Source: Spirochaetia bacterium
GTDB lineage: Bacteria > Spirochaetota > Spirochaetia > CADAEX01
Reading direction: 5' to 3'
NCBI GenBank assembly: GCA_963662795.1
Contig: OY759746.1
Coordinates: 1,472,001-1,536,000, forward strand
Length of the DNA stretch: 64,000 nucleotides
Positions within the stretch are counted from its first letter, which is position 1. Each line of letters begins with the position of its first letter. The position numbers and the translations under genes were made by a program. This document shows positions 28,377 to 37,525 of the stretch, piece by piece. The notes beneath the pieces were generated by a model. That model was not told the DNA's origin. It searched no databases and worked only from the letters and a program-made list of their open reading frames with translations.

Positions 28377-29798
28377 GTGATCAAAACCGGTTTTCCAATT
28401 GTACATTTTTACGATCAGGACTTCGTTGATATATATAACAAAACCTGGACATGGTTATATGATTTCTGGAAAAAAGGGACAAAAAAAAACGGTTTTCAGC
28501 AAAAATATTATAATTTTCAGGGAAATGATATTATAAGCCAGTATGAAGCGTGCCTTTCCACTTTTTTTCTTGTTTACAGCAATAATATTTTCCAGCCTTT
28601 TACAGCGCTTGACAATTTTTACGCGAGGCAGGAAGAATCAGGCGCAATAAGGGGGCTATACAGGGAAGAAGACGGCACTCCGGTTTTTAGCGAAGACAAC
28701 CCTGAATGTGTCCACCCGCCGCTTTTTTCATGGGCGGAATACAACCTCTACCACAAGATAGGGCAAAAAAAAAGGGTAAAAGATGTAATTCCTGTCCTGG
28801 AAAGATATTACAGCTGGCTTGAAGATACTTTTCAGAAAGAAAACGGTTTATACGAAACTCCGCTCTCATCTGTTGTAATGGGCAATACCCCGAGGGAAAA
28901 GGGGTGCTATCTTGTTGATTTCAATACAATGCAGGCTGTAAACGCGCTTTATCTTTCCGCTCTTGGTGATATACTGAACGACAAGGAAGTGAGCTTCCGA
29001 TACAAGAAAAAATATTTTTCCCTGAAAACAAGAATCAATTCCCTGATGTGGAATGAGGAAGACGGTTTTTATTATGATCTTGATAAAGATGAAAATTTTG
29101 TAAGGGTAAAAACCATTGCTTCCTACTGGACCCTGCTTGCAGAGATTCCAAATGAAGACAAGGCGAATGCAATGATAGCTAAACTTTCAGGAGACGACTT
29201 CGGTACTGAAAACCCTTTTCCTTCACTGTCTGTCGAATCGCCTTTATTCAGTGAAGACGGCAACGGATTCAGGGGATCTGTTTATCCCCACATGACTTTC
29301 ATGGTTGTAAAGGGACTTGAGAAATACGCGAGAAATGATCTTGCGAGGGAATGCTCCATAAGACATCTATATTACATCCTTGATACACTTCATCCGGAGG
29401 ACGACAAGAAAGGGAATATATATGAAGCCTATCTTCCGCTTAAGGAAGGGGCTGCGAAATCTGAAGAAGGGGATACTGATTTCCCGAGAGAAAATTTTCT
29501 GACCTACACCGCTTTAAGCACTATAACACTCATGATTGAAAATGTAATAGGCCTTTATATCAGTCTGCCCCGAAAAACTGTTGACTGGATTATTCCAACG
29601 CTTGAGATTATGGGGATAGAAGATCTGTCCCTTAAAAGAAACATGATTACAATACTCGGCAACAAGAGCGGGCGGGGCTGGGAAATAAGGCTTGAGTCGG
29701 AGAAGCTTTATTATTTTACAATCAATATTATGGGACTGAAGAAGAAAACCCTTCCCATTCCATCCGGCAAATGTTCCATGCTTATCGAAAAACTCTGA
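28377..29798 (+). CDS. MGH1-like / trehalase-like (alpha/alpha)6 glycoside hydrolase
   Basis: HPPLFSWAE, MWNEEDGFYYD, FRGSVYPH, IYEAYLP; GTG start with GAGG SD. Confidence 0.75.
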   Translation: MIKTGFPIVHFYDQDFVDIYNKTWTWLYDFWKKGTKKNGFQQKYYNFQGNDIISQYEACLSTFFLVYSNNIFQPFTALDNFYARQEESGAIRGLYREEDGTPVFSEDNPECVHPPLFSWAEYNLYHKIGQKKRVKDVIPVLERYYSWLEDTFQKENGLYETPLSSVVMGNTPREKGCYLVDFNTMQAVNALYLSALGDILNDKEVSFRYKKKYFSLKTRINSLMWNEEDGFYYDLDKDENFVRVKTIASYWTLLAEIPNEDKANAMIAKLSGDDFGTENPFPSLSVESPLFSEDGNGFRGSVYPHMTFMVVKGLEKYARNDLARECSIRHLYYILDTLHPEDDKKGNIYEAYLPLKEGAAKSEEGDTDFPRENFLTYTALSTITLMIENVIGLYISLPRKTVDWIIPTLEIMGIEDLSLKRNMITILGNKSGRGWEIRLESEKLYYFTINIMGLKKKTLPIPSGKCSMLIEKL

Positions 29799-29831
29799 CA
29801 TACGCGGTCACAATCATCAGCATAAATTAAT

Positions 29832-29882
29832 AAAAAAACAGGGCAGTTCAGATTTTAATCTTCTGAAGAATACCCTGTTTTT
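29832..29882. terminator. Bidirectional intrinsic terminator-like hairpin
   Basis: AAAAACAGGG...TTCAGA...TCTGAA...CCCTGTTTTT between convergent genes, with A and T tracts on both sides. Confidence 0.65.
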
Positions 29883-29899
29883 ATTTAATTTTTTATTTC

Positions 29900-30574
29900 T
29901 CAGACAATCTTTCCAAGAAGAACTGCTGATACTTCCTTTACCCCGCCGCTTCCGTCAAGTTCTATATAACTGATACCTTCGGCAGCCGCAATTTTCTTGA
30001 AATAGTATGCAGCCGCGAGCGTTCCGTTGCCCTTGTCATAATAAATATCGTGTCTTTTGTTAATGGCGTTTGAATCCTGGTCATCGGCCCTTGTCGAAAG
30101 AGCGCCGCCGCATACCCTGCACTTGTCCCCGTCCGGTTTTACAGCTTCGAAGTAAATATTGTTGGGGTGATTGTTGTCATTTTCACAGAGTCTTCTTCCC
30201 ATTATTCTTTTTCTCGCCAGTTCCCTGTCCAGCAGCAGTTCAATGACATAATCAAGCTTTATGCCTGATTGTTTAAGGGCTTCAGCAAGTTTTATGGACT
30301 GGATCTTGTTTCTGGGAAACCCGTCAAGCAGCCAGCCTTTTTTGCAGTCATCATCTTTAAGACGGCTGAGTATCATTGGTATTGTAATCTCATCAGGGAC
30401 AAGATCTCCATTGTCGATAAACCCTTTTGCCTTTTTCCCAAGTTCAGTTCCCGCTTTGATGTTTTCCCTGAAGATAACACCGGATTCAATATGGGCAATT
30501 TTATACTTTTCCTTAACGATAGACCCCATTGTCCCTTTACCGCTTCCGTTGGGGCCGAAAATTAAAATATTCAT
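29900..30574 (-). CDS. adk: Adenylate kinase
   Basis: GPNGSGKGT, GDLVPD, LLDGFPR, LID RRLC...HP...CRVC, RADD. Confidence 0.95.
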   Translation of the reverse strand: MNILIFGPNGSGKGTMGSIVKEKYKIAHIESGVIFRENIKAGTELGKKAKGFIDNGDLVPDEITIPMILSRLKDDDCKKGWLLDGFPRNKIQSIKLAEALKQSGIKLDYVIELLLDRELARKRIMGRRLCENDNNHPNNIYFEAVKPDGDKCRVCGGALSTRADDQDSNAINKRHDIYYDKGNGTLAAAYYFKKIAAAEGISYIELDGSGGVKEVSAVLLGKIV

Positions 30575-30662
30575 AATTACTCTCCTTCTGCTGTATTAAT
30601 TTACCAATATAGCATTATATGGAAAAAAAATCAGGCAATAATAAGCGGATTTGATTACTTTA

Positions 30663-30691
30663 TTGACTTACTATTTTAATCAAACTATTAT
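30663..30691 (+). promoter_or_regulatory. Sigma70-type promoter upstream of the structured leader
   Basis: TTGACT (30663-30668), 17 bp, TATTAT (30686-30691). Confidence 0.5.
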
Positions 30692-30751
30692 GAATTTTAT
30701 GGATACCTTAAAAAAAGTGTTTTTTTCGTTTCCGGAAAAAATAATTCTTTA

Positions 30752-30862
30752 CGCCTTTGGCGATCGCGAAGCGTATCCTGTAAGCCCCGGATTTTACAAA
30801 TCCGGGGTAAAGGGCCCAGCCGAACCGAAGGATGGAGGACCCCTATACCGTGCCTTACAGGA
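30752..30862 (+). promoter_or_regulatory. GC-rich multi-stem structured element, candidate cis-regulatory RNA
   Basis: Outer stem TCCTGTAAG (30776-84) / CTTACAGGA (30854-62) encloses a perfect 10-bp hairpin CCCCGGATTT-TAC-AAATCCGGGG and a GGGCCC/GGACCC stem. The 3' arm overlaps the SD of the next gene. Confidence 0.5.
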
Positions 30863-30872
30863 GAAATTATAG

Positions 30873-32198
30873 TTGGCGCAGGACGATTTACTTGTTTTTG
30901 CAGATGAAGAAGAAGCTGTTGCAGAAGTTACAACTGATTTCTGGAACATTCTTATAATCGATGATGAACCTCATGTCCATCAGGTTACAAGAATGGTCCT
31001 CCGCGACCTGGTTTACAACAATAAAAAAATCAAATTCCACAGCGCTTTTTCTGCAGAAGAAGCAAAAACCATACTCAAACAGGATATAGTATTTTCACTT
31101 GCGCTGGTTGATGTTGTAATGGAGGAAGATGACTCAGGTCTTAAACTTGTTGAATATATAAGAAAAGACCTTGCAGAGTACAAGCTGAGGCTTATACTCA
31201 GAACAGGGCAGCCCGGATTTGCTCCTGAAAAAGAGGTAATTATCAATTATGACATTAACGATTATAAGGAAAAAACCGAACTTTCCGCCCAGAAACTTAC
31301 TACCTCTGTAATTTCCGCGCTCAGGAACTATGAGCATATTGATGCAGTTTCAACACTTAACAACGAACTTGAAAAAAAAGTTGCTGACAGGGTAGCTGAT
31401 CTGAATGAAGCCAATAAAAAGCTGAAAAACATGCTTGAAGCGCTTCAGGAGGACCAGGAAGCCGGAAGAATCATGCAGCAGAAGCTTCTCCCTGAACAGG
31501 AAAAAAAGATCCAGGGTTATGTATTTAAAAGCAGATTTTACCCGTCAATGACTTTAAGCGGCGACTTTCTTGATTATTTCGAAATCAATGAAAAATATCT
31601 GGGATTTTATATTGCCGATGTTTCAGGACACGGGGTTTCCTCAGCTATTGTAACTGTACTTCTTAAAAATTTCATTGATAATGCGCTTGAGAAATTCTGG
31701 ATAGAAGGGGATCAGATGATCCTTAAGCCGGATGCGGTCTGCAAAAGGCTTAACGAAGAACTTTTAAGGGAAAAACTCGACAAATATCTTACTATTTTTT
31801 ACGGTATAATTAATACATCGGACAACAGGATGTGTTACATCAACTGCGGACAGTTCCCCTATCCTTTTATGATTTCTCCGCGCGACGGGGTCAAAGTAAT
31901 CGGGGGGAAAGGAACGCCTGTCGGGCTTTTTAAAAAACCGGTATTCAGGGTATGTGAAGAGATGCTTGCTGAAGATTTCAGAATGGTAATGTTTTCTGAC
32001 GGCGTACTTGAAATACTTGATCTCCCTTCAAATAAGGAGAGGGATAATTTTCTTCATTCGCTTTTTCTGGACAGGAATGCAGGTGTTGATGCTGTGGAAG
32101 AGAAACTTGGCCTTGACAGCCTTTCCTCTTTACCGGATGATCTTACTTTCCTGATGATAGAAAAAAACAAAAGTGCGGAAGGCTTTTCCGATGAGTGA
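30873..32198 (+). CDS. Response regulator receiver, coiled coil and SpoIIE/PP2C phosphatase (RsbU/RssB-like)
   Basis: ILIIDDE, LVDVVME (phospho-Asp), RTGQPG; LSGDFLD, IADVSGHG, FSDG, PDDLTFL. Confidence 0.92.
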   Translation: MAQDDLLVFADEEEAVAEVTTDFWNILIIDDEPHVHQVTRMVLRDLVYNNKKIKFHSAFSAEEAKTILKQDIVFSLALVDVVMEEDDSGLKLVEYIRKDLAEYKLRLILRTGQPGFAPEKEVIINYDINDYKEKTELSAQKLTTSVISALRNYEHIDAVSTLNNELEKKVADRVADLNEANKKLKNMLEALQEDQEAGRIMQQKLLPEQEKKIQGYVFKSRFYPSMTLSGDFLDYFEINEKYLGFYIADVSGHGVSSAIVTVLLKNFIDNALEKFWIEGDQMILKPDAVCKRLNEELLREKLDKYLTIFYGIINTSDNRMCYINCGQFPYPFMISPRDGVKVIGGKGTPVGLFKKPVFRVCEEMLAEDFRMVMFSDGVLEILDLPSNKERDNFLHSLFLDRNAGVDAVEEKLGLDSLSSLPDDLTFLMIEKNKSAEGFSDE

Positions 32199-32721
32199 TG
32201 GGAAATATTACTTTGCGCGGGAAGGCGCAAAAGTTTTTTTTAAATTTACCGGCACGCTGAAATACACGATAAGCAGTAAATTTGACGCGTTTCTCGACAA
32301 CCTTCTTGATGAGGGTGATAATATCGAGGATGTTTTTATTGACCTTTCTGAAGCCGCATTTCTCGACAGCACAAATCTCGGCTTCCTTGCCAGAATATCT
32401 GAATACATTACTGAAAAAAACGGAAAAAAGGTTACAATCTATTCACCTGACAATGACATAAACATGCTGCTTGAAAGCGTAGGGTTTGATGAGGTTTTTA
32501 TAATTATTACAGATAAAGATACTGACCGCGCATCTGAGGCCCCTCTTGCGGAAATACCGGACGCCCTGACGGAAGAGAGACAGAGGTCGCTTATGATGCT
32601 TGACGCCCACAGGGCCTTAATGAAAATCTCTGAAAAAAATACTGATACCTTCCGCAACGTTGTTGAACTTCTTGAACAAAGCATTAAAAAAACTGACAGG
32701 GATTTAAATAACAGGAAATAA
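32191..32721 (+). CDS. STAS anti-anti-sigma factor (RssC-like)
   Basis: IDLSEAAFLDSTNLGFLA, LLESVGF, MLDAHRALM...FRNVV tail; ATG overlaps the upstream stop. Confidence 0.88.
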   Translation: MSDGKYYFAREGAKVFFKFTGTLKYTISSKFDAFLDNLLDEGDNIEDVFIDLSEAAFLDSTNLGFLARISEYITEKNGKKVTIYSPDNDINMLLESVGFDEVFIIITDKDTDRASEAPLAEIPDALTEERQRSLMMLDAHRALMKISEKNTDTFRNVVELLEQSIKKTDRDLNNRK

Positions 32722-32745
32722 TCAAAAAATCTGCCCATAGTTCTG

Positions 32746-33477
32746 TCAGAGGTGGTAAGCTTCCCCGAAGCTGTTAAAAAGCTGGCCCGAGAGCCAGTTT
32801 TTCTGTTCCCTGCTTCCCCCTTTTTCCCTGAGGGGCGAATTGATTGTTACAATCTGTCCTCTCGCGGACCTTGAATGATAGTTTTTATACCGCAGATTCA
32901 TTTTTTCGTAAACTATTCCCTGTTCATAGTGATAATGTATATAAACAATATTACCCTGTTTGTCGCATGAGACTACCATCCCGATATGCGTCAGTCTGTC
33001 ATCATCCTTCCCGTTTTTGTTTTTATCAAAGGTGTTGTCCCAGAATATTATATCTCCCGGTTCGGGAAGCCAGTATTTTTTAAGAAGTTTCCGCTCTTCA
33101 AGTGCGCTGTAGATTCTTTCCGTGCCTGTTCCATCATATTTCGGATAGTATTTTTGGAGATCAATTCCCGCGTAATAGTAGATCGCGCTCACTACGCCGG
33201 AACAGTCCATGTTGAATTTTCTGTCCCCGACAGAAAGGTTCTGTGTTTTACGGTAAATCCCGGCTGCCTCGACCAGGGCTTTTTTTATTTTCTCAGTTTC
33301 CGAATCCGGCTTCCGGAATTCGCTGTTATCAGGCTTTCCTTCTTTTTTGCCGCTGTTTTCCATTGTTACGCATGAGATTAACAGTAAAAAAAGAATGCAG
33401 ATTGCAAGGAATGAAGCTGCCAGTCTGACCGGCGGCATCAGATTTCGTACATTAATACGGTTTTTATGGTTTATCAT
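32746..33477 (-). CDS. NlpC/P60 (CHAP-like) lipoprotein
   Basis: Lipobox LISC; DCSGVV, PEPGDIIFWD, THIGMV. Confidence 0.85.
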   Translation of the reverse strand: MINHKNRINVRNLMPPVRLAASFLAICILFLLLISCVTMENSGKKEGKPDNSEFRKPDSETEKIKKALVEAAGIYRKTQNLSVGDRKFNMDCSGVVSAIYYYAGIDLQKYYPKYDGTGTERIYSALEERKLLKKYWLPEPGDIIFWDNTFDKNKNGKDDDRLTHIGMVVSCDKQGNIVYIHYHYEQGIVYEKMNLRYKNYHSRSARGQIVTINSPLREKGGSREQKNWLSGQLFNSFGEAYHL

Positions 33478-34123
33478 TGTCAGGTCTTTCTTCCTTCACT
33501 GCAGTATCAGGGGTTTTCCGGCGCCTGATAAAACCTGTGCCGACAAGATATGTCTCAAATGACATTTTTCTTACTGCTTCAGGTTTGAACGATTTTGCAG
33601 AAGTAAACATTTTTTTCATTCTGTTCATCAGTTCTTTTTCATCTCCTCCCTGAAATATCTTTACGGCAATATTCCCTCCGGGCAGCAGGACTTTTTCGGC
33701 AAGATCAAGAACAGAGGATACCAGCTGGAAAGACCTTTCCGTATCCACGGTTTTATTCCCTGTTGTAGAGGGGGCGGCATCGCTTAATACAGTATTATAA
33801 GGTCCTTTATCAAGGATTGTTCCGATATTGCTCTCTGAAAAAGCATCTCCCTGGATAAAAAAGAAATTATCCCCTTTGCAGGCAGGGTCAAGGGGCAGCA
33901 GGTCAACAGCTGTAATAACACTCTTTTCTCCGAGTTCCCTGATCAGGTAAAGGCTCCAGCTTCCAGGGGCGGCCCCTATATCAAGGACAGATGAGGACCT
34001 GTCTAAAATCCTGAATTTTTTCTGTATTTCCATCAGCTTATAAACAGATCGTGCGGGATATCCTTCCTTTTTTGCTTTAAGCGTATAATGGTCATCAGCT
34101 CTGGGATTATTCTTTTTGCTCAT
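33464..34123 (-). CDS. rlmE: 23S rRNA Um2552 methyltransferase
   Basis: GYPARSVYKL, LDIGAAPGSW, SDAAP, KIFQG, FKPEAVR..SFETY. Confidence 0.93.
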   Translation of the reverse strand: MSKKNNPRADDHYTLKAKKEGYPARSVYKLMEIQKKFRILDRSSSVLDIGAAPGSWSLYLIRELGEKSVITAVDLLPLDPACKGDNFFFIQGDAFSESNIGTILDKGPYNTVLSDAAPSTTGNKTVDTERSFQLVSSVLDLAEKVLLPGGNIAVKIFQGGDEKELMNRMKKMFTSAKSFKPEAVRKMSFETYLVGTGFIRRRKTPDTAVKEERPDNDKP

Positions 34124-34158
34124 ATTGACTAATTCTGTTTTCCCTTTAAAGTATTGTT

Positions 34159-35211
34159 ATGACTACTGATTATAATCAGAGATTGGAAAAAATAGAAGAA
34201 TATATTTTTGCTATTCTCCCTGAAAAGGCCGGCCCATCATGGATGAGCGATATTGCCGGCATCACTGATTCTGACAGGATTATCCGTTCTTTTTTGTTTG
34301 ATAATATAAACAGACCGGCACTGGATCTTGTCCAAAGGGGAGGAAAGAGATGGCGCCCCATGCTGATGGTCCTTCTGTGCGAGGCAAGGTGCGGCAGCAT
34401 GGACATGGCCCTGCCGCTTGCCCCTCTTGTGGAGCTTGCCCACAACGGCAGTCTTATAATTGATGATATAGAGGACAATGCTGATTTCAGAAGGGGAAAA
34501 CCGGCAGTACACCTTCTGCACGGGACAGATATGGCAATAAACAGCGCCAACTTCCTCTACTTTCTTTCACAGCTTGTTATTGAGAAGTCTGACCTTCCTG
34601 AAAAGTCAAGACTTAAGCTTTATACCCTTTACTCGCAGGCAATGCGCCGGCTGCACCTGGGGCAGGGGCTTGATATACATTGGCACGGCAGCAGCATTTT
34701 TATTCCGGATGAAGGTGAATACCTGCAGATGTGCCGTTTCAAGACAGGTTCCCTTTCAAGGCTTGCAGCTGAAGCAGGCATAACCGCAGCCGGCGGAAAC
34801 CCGCTGGAGATTGCTGAAACAGGTCTTGCCTGCGAAGAGATGGGAGTGGGCTTTCAGATCCTTGATGATATTACAAACCTTACGACAGGCAATCCCGGTA
34901 AAAAAAGGGGAGACGATATAGTTGAAGGAAAAAAAAGCCTTCCTGTCATCCTGTACGCCGCAGGGGGAGGAGACAAGGAAAAACTCCTTGAATGTTTCAG
35001 GGAAGCAGGCTCCCTTGGGATAGAAAAAGGTGAAGGGGCCGTGACAAGAGCAATAGAACTTCTGGAAAACAGGAATTCTCTTGAAAAAGCAAGGGAAAAA
35101 GCACTGGAAATACTTTATAATTCAAGGACGAGTATTGAGAAAAGGTACCCTAAATGCAGGGCGCTGGATTTGATTTTGTTTATTTTTGATACTTTTACAA
35201 AAAGTTTCTGA
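34159..35211 (+). CDS. Polyprenyl diphosphate synthase
   Basis: GGKRWRP, IIDDIED...RRG, KTG, FQILDD, DIVEGK. Confidence 0.92.
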   Translation: MTTDYNQRLEKIEEYIFAILPEKAGPSWMSDIAGITDSDRIIRSFLFDNINRPALDLVQRGGKRWRPMLMVLLCEARCGSMDMALPLAPLVELAHNGSLIIDDIEDNADFRRGKPAVHLLHGTDMAINSANFLYFLSQLVIEKSDLPEKSRLKLYTLYSQAMRRLHLGQGLDIHWHGSSIFIPDEGEYLQMCRFKTGSLSRLAAEAGITAAGGNPLEIAETGLACEEMGVGFQILDDITNLTTGNPGKKRGDDIVEGKKSLPVILYAAGGGDKEKLLECFREAGSLGIEKGEGAVTRAIELLENRNSLEKAREKALEILYNSRTSIEKRYPKCRALDLILFIFDTFTKSF

Positions 35212-35256
35212 ACAGCAGTCAATATTATACTGAACTTATAATTCAAGGCGGAGAAA

Positions 35257-35889
35257 ATGAAAAATATTATAAAAAAACAATTTTCATACAGTTTTGATAA
35301 CTATCTTTTAATAATAATCGGAATAAATGTATTTGTCTTTCTGCTTACCACAATGAAACCGTCCCTGCTTGTTAATATCGCGATGAATCCGGTAATGGTT
35401 TTAAAAAGGTATGCCTTCTGGCAGTTTATAACATACATGTTTGCCCATGCAAATATGTCTCACATTTTTTTCAACATGCTGGGTCTTTTTTTCTTCGGGT
35501 TTCCAGTTGAGAGAAGTATGGGAAGCAGGGAGTTCCTTCTTTTCTATTTTTTCTGCGGCATAGCTGCCGGGATATTCTCTTTTCTTGTATATTATACAAC
35601 CGGAAACTACAGGGTTTTTCTTCTTGGGGCATCGGGTGTTGTATACGCCGTTCTTCTGGCTTATGCCCTTTATTTCCCTGATTCATTGATTTACATTATG
35701 GGGATTGTTCCGGTAAAAGCCCTCTATCTGGTAATAGGGTATACAGCTATCGAGCTTTTTTCCCATATCAGCAATCCATATTCAGGAGTTGCCCACCTTA
35801 CCCATCTTGCCGGATTCGCGTTTGCCTATATCTATTTCATGGTGCGGCTTGGAATAAACCCGGCAGATGTTTTTTTCAGGAGAAGATAA
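35257..35889 (+). CDS. Rhomboid intramembrane serine protease
   Basis: WQFITYMFAH...HIFFNM, GASG, AHLTHLAG. Confidence 0.92.
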   Translation: MKNIIKKQFSYSFDNYLLIIIGINVFVFLLTTMKPSLLVNIAMNPVMVLKRYAFWQFITYMFAHANMSHIFFNMLGLFFFGFPVERSMGSREFLLFYFFCGIAAGIFSFLVYYTTGNYRVFLLGASGVVYAVLLAYALYFPDSLIYIMGIVPVKALYLVIGYTAIELFSHISNPYSGVAHLTHLAGFAFAYIYFMVRLGINPADVFFRRR

Positions 35890-35922
35890 CAGATTTCCCT
35901 TTTCCGCCGATAATTTTTACAG

Positions 35923-36627
35923 ATGAAACATATTAGTGTTCCGGCTTCGGTATTGCTGATCCTCCTGCTTTCCGCTTCTGCCGCATCGGGCCAGGGGCGT
36001 GATTATCCGGTATTTGACGCAGAATTCTGGTTTTTTAATGAACATGAACCCCTCTTTTCAGGTCCGGAACAGGATATCAGGAAACCCGGGACAGGGGATG
36101 ACACACGGAAAAAAATTGAGCAGCTTCTAGAAGAGGCATCGTTTGCTTTTTCGGGAATGATATACGGTTTCAATTTCAGCTATACTCCTTCGGATATTTC
36201 AAGAGGGGTCGATGAAATGTTTGAGTTTACACCTGCTGCCGTTATCCGGAAAGGGGATCCTGCCCTTACTGTAAAAAAAACCCGCAGGGATAAAGAGAAG
36301 ACTTATGTTTCAATTGAATACCGGTGTGATGAAAGACATGGAAACTGGATATCATACTGGAACAGCGCAGCTTTTCCTGTTACCGGCGGCAGCGGAAAGG
36401 GAATCCCTGATGCCGCTCCTGATGCGAGAAAAAACGCGGCAGCCGATGCGGTAAAGGAAGCTGTCAGGGAGTATATGAGGGGACGGGTTCATAATAAACC
36501 AAGAAGCATTTCAGGCAGCTGTGTTTTTTCAGAACCTCCCGTGATTACACATATGGCAGGACTTTATAACGCGTCAGTTAAAATCAGGCTTGAAGTTAAA
36601 GATGTGGAACGATACACTGTTTTTTAA
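35923..36627 (+). CDS. Conserved spirochete-type exported hypothetical protein
   Basis: Signal peptide; FSGMIYGFNFSYTPSD motif. Confidence 0.65.
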   Translation: MKHISVPASVLLILLLSASAASGQGRDYPVFDAEFWFFNEHEPLFSGPEQDIRKPGTGDDTRKKIEQLLEEASFAFSGMIYGFNFSYTPSDISRGVDEMFEFTPAAVIRKGDPALTVKKTRRDKEKTYVSIEYRCDERHGNWISYWNSAAFPVTGGSGKGIPDAAPDARKNAAADAVKEAVREYMRGRVHNKPRSISGSCVFSEPPVITHMAGLYNASVKIRLEVKDVERYTVF

Positions 36628-36649
36628 ATAAAGTGGTGCGGAGATATCT

Positions 36650-37510
36650 ATGGAAATAATACTTACCGGCACAGCCGCCAGTTTTAATATTCCGGCCTTC
36701 AGGTGCGTATGCGATGTATGCAGGCAGGCGCGCGAAAGCAGGGACAGGAAATTGAAAAGGAGAAACAGCTGTGCCGTAGTAACCGGAGATCATGGCGAGA
36801 AAATTCTGATAGACGCCCCGCCTCAGTTCATGAACCAGCTTGAGCTGTGCGGTATAGATGATACCGGGATTGATTCCCTTCTTCTGACTCACAGGCATGA
36901 AGACCATGTGCTTGGCCTTTTTTATATGCTTTCGCTTAAAAAATCCAAAGGCGGTATTGTAAGAACTCCTCTTAAAGTATACCTCGGCACTGATACCTAT
37001 AATTCAATTGCGGCAAATTTCAAGACACTTGCAAATGCTGAAAAAATGGAAGATCTTGACGGAATAATCGAGTTCCGGACAATAAATGAGCTTGAGGAAT
37101 TCCGTCCCGGAAGCATTAGTGTTACACCGCTTGAGACTAACCACCTTAACGCTAAATATTTATCCTCTACAGGGGAAAAGGAACAGTCGTTCGGTTTTCA
37201 TTTTTCTGAAAGGGGAAAGAACCTTTATTATCTTGTGGATGCAGCTAAAACACTGCCTGCAAAAACAATCGACTTCATGAAGAGAAGAAGACCTTCCTGC
37301 ATTATAGTTGACTGCACATATGAAAAATCAGAAGAGTCCTCCGGACACGGTGATATAGAAAGCGTAATGGCCCTTCGGGACCTTTTTCCCGAGGGGAGAA
37401 TGATTATCTCACACCTCGGGCATAAAAACCTCACCCCTGAAAGGCTTGCATCAGTTTTCGATAAAGAGGGTATTGAAGTCGGCTATGACGGACTTAAGGT
37501 TGTTGTCTGA
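36650..37510 (+). CDS. PhnP-like metallo-beta-lactamase-fold phosphodiesterase
   Basis: GTAAS..P..CxCxxC zinc motif, THRHEDH, DCT, SHLGH. Confidence 0.82.
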   Translation: MEIILTGTAASFNIPAFRCVCDVCRQARESRDRKLKRRNSCAVVTGDHGEKILIDAPPQFMNQLELCGIDDTGIDSLLLTHRHEDHVLGLFYMLSLKKSKGGIVRTPLKVYLGTDTYNSIAANFKTLANAEKMEDLDGIIEFRTINELEEFRPGSISVTPLETNHLNAKYLSSTGEKEQSFGFHFSERGKNLYYLVDAAKTLPAKTIDFMKRRRPSCIIVDCTYEKSEESSGHGDIESVMALRDLFPEGRMIISHLGHKNLTPERLASVFDKEGIEVGYDGLKVVV

Positions 37511-37525
37511 TTAACCGGAAATGTT

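Noticed and set aside
30752-30862. Assignment as SRP RNA, 6S RNA, tRNA or a complete c-di-AMP/c-di-GMP riboswitch
   Set aside because: No SRP helix-8 (CAGG...GGAA...AGCAG) motif, no cloverleaf, too short for 6S, and the 3' half of the ydaO consensus is missing. Kept only as an unassigned structure.
36650-37510. PhnP-like gene as evidence of a C-P lyase pathway
   Set aside because: No phnGHIJKLM genes are in the window, and the family is broadly distributed.
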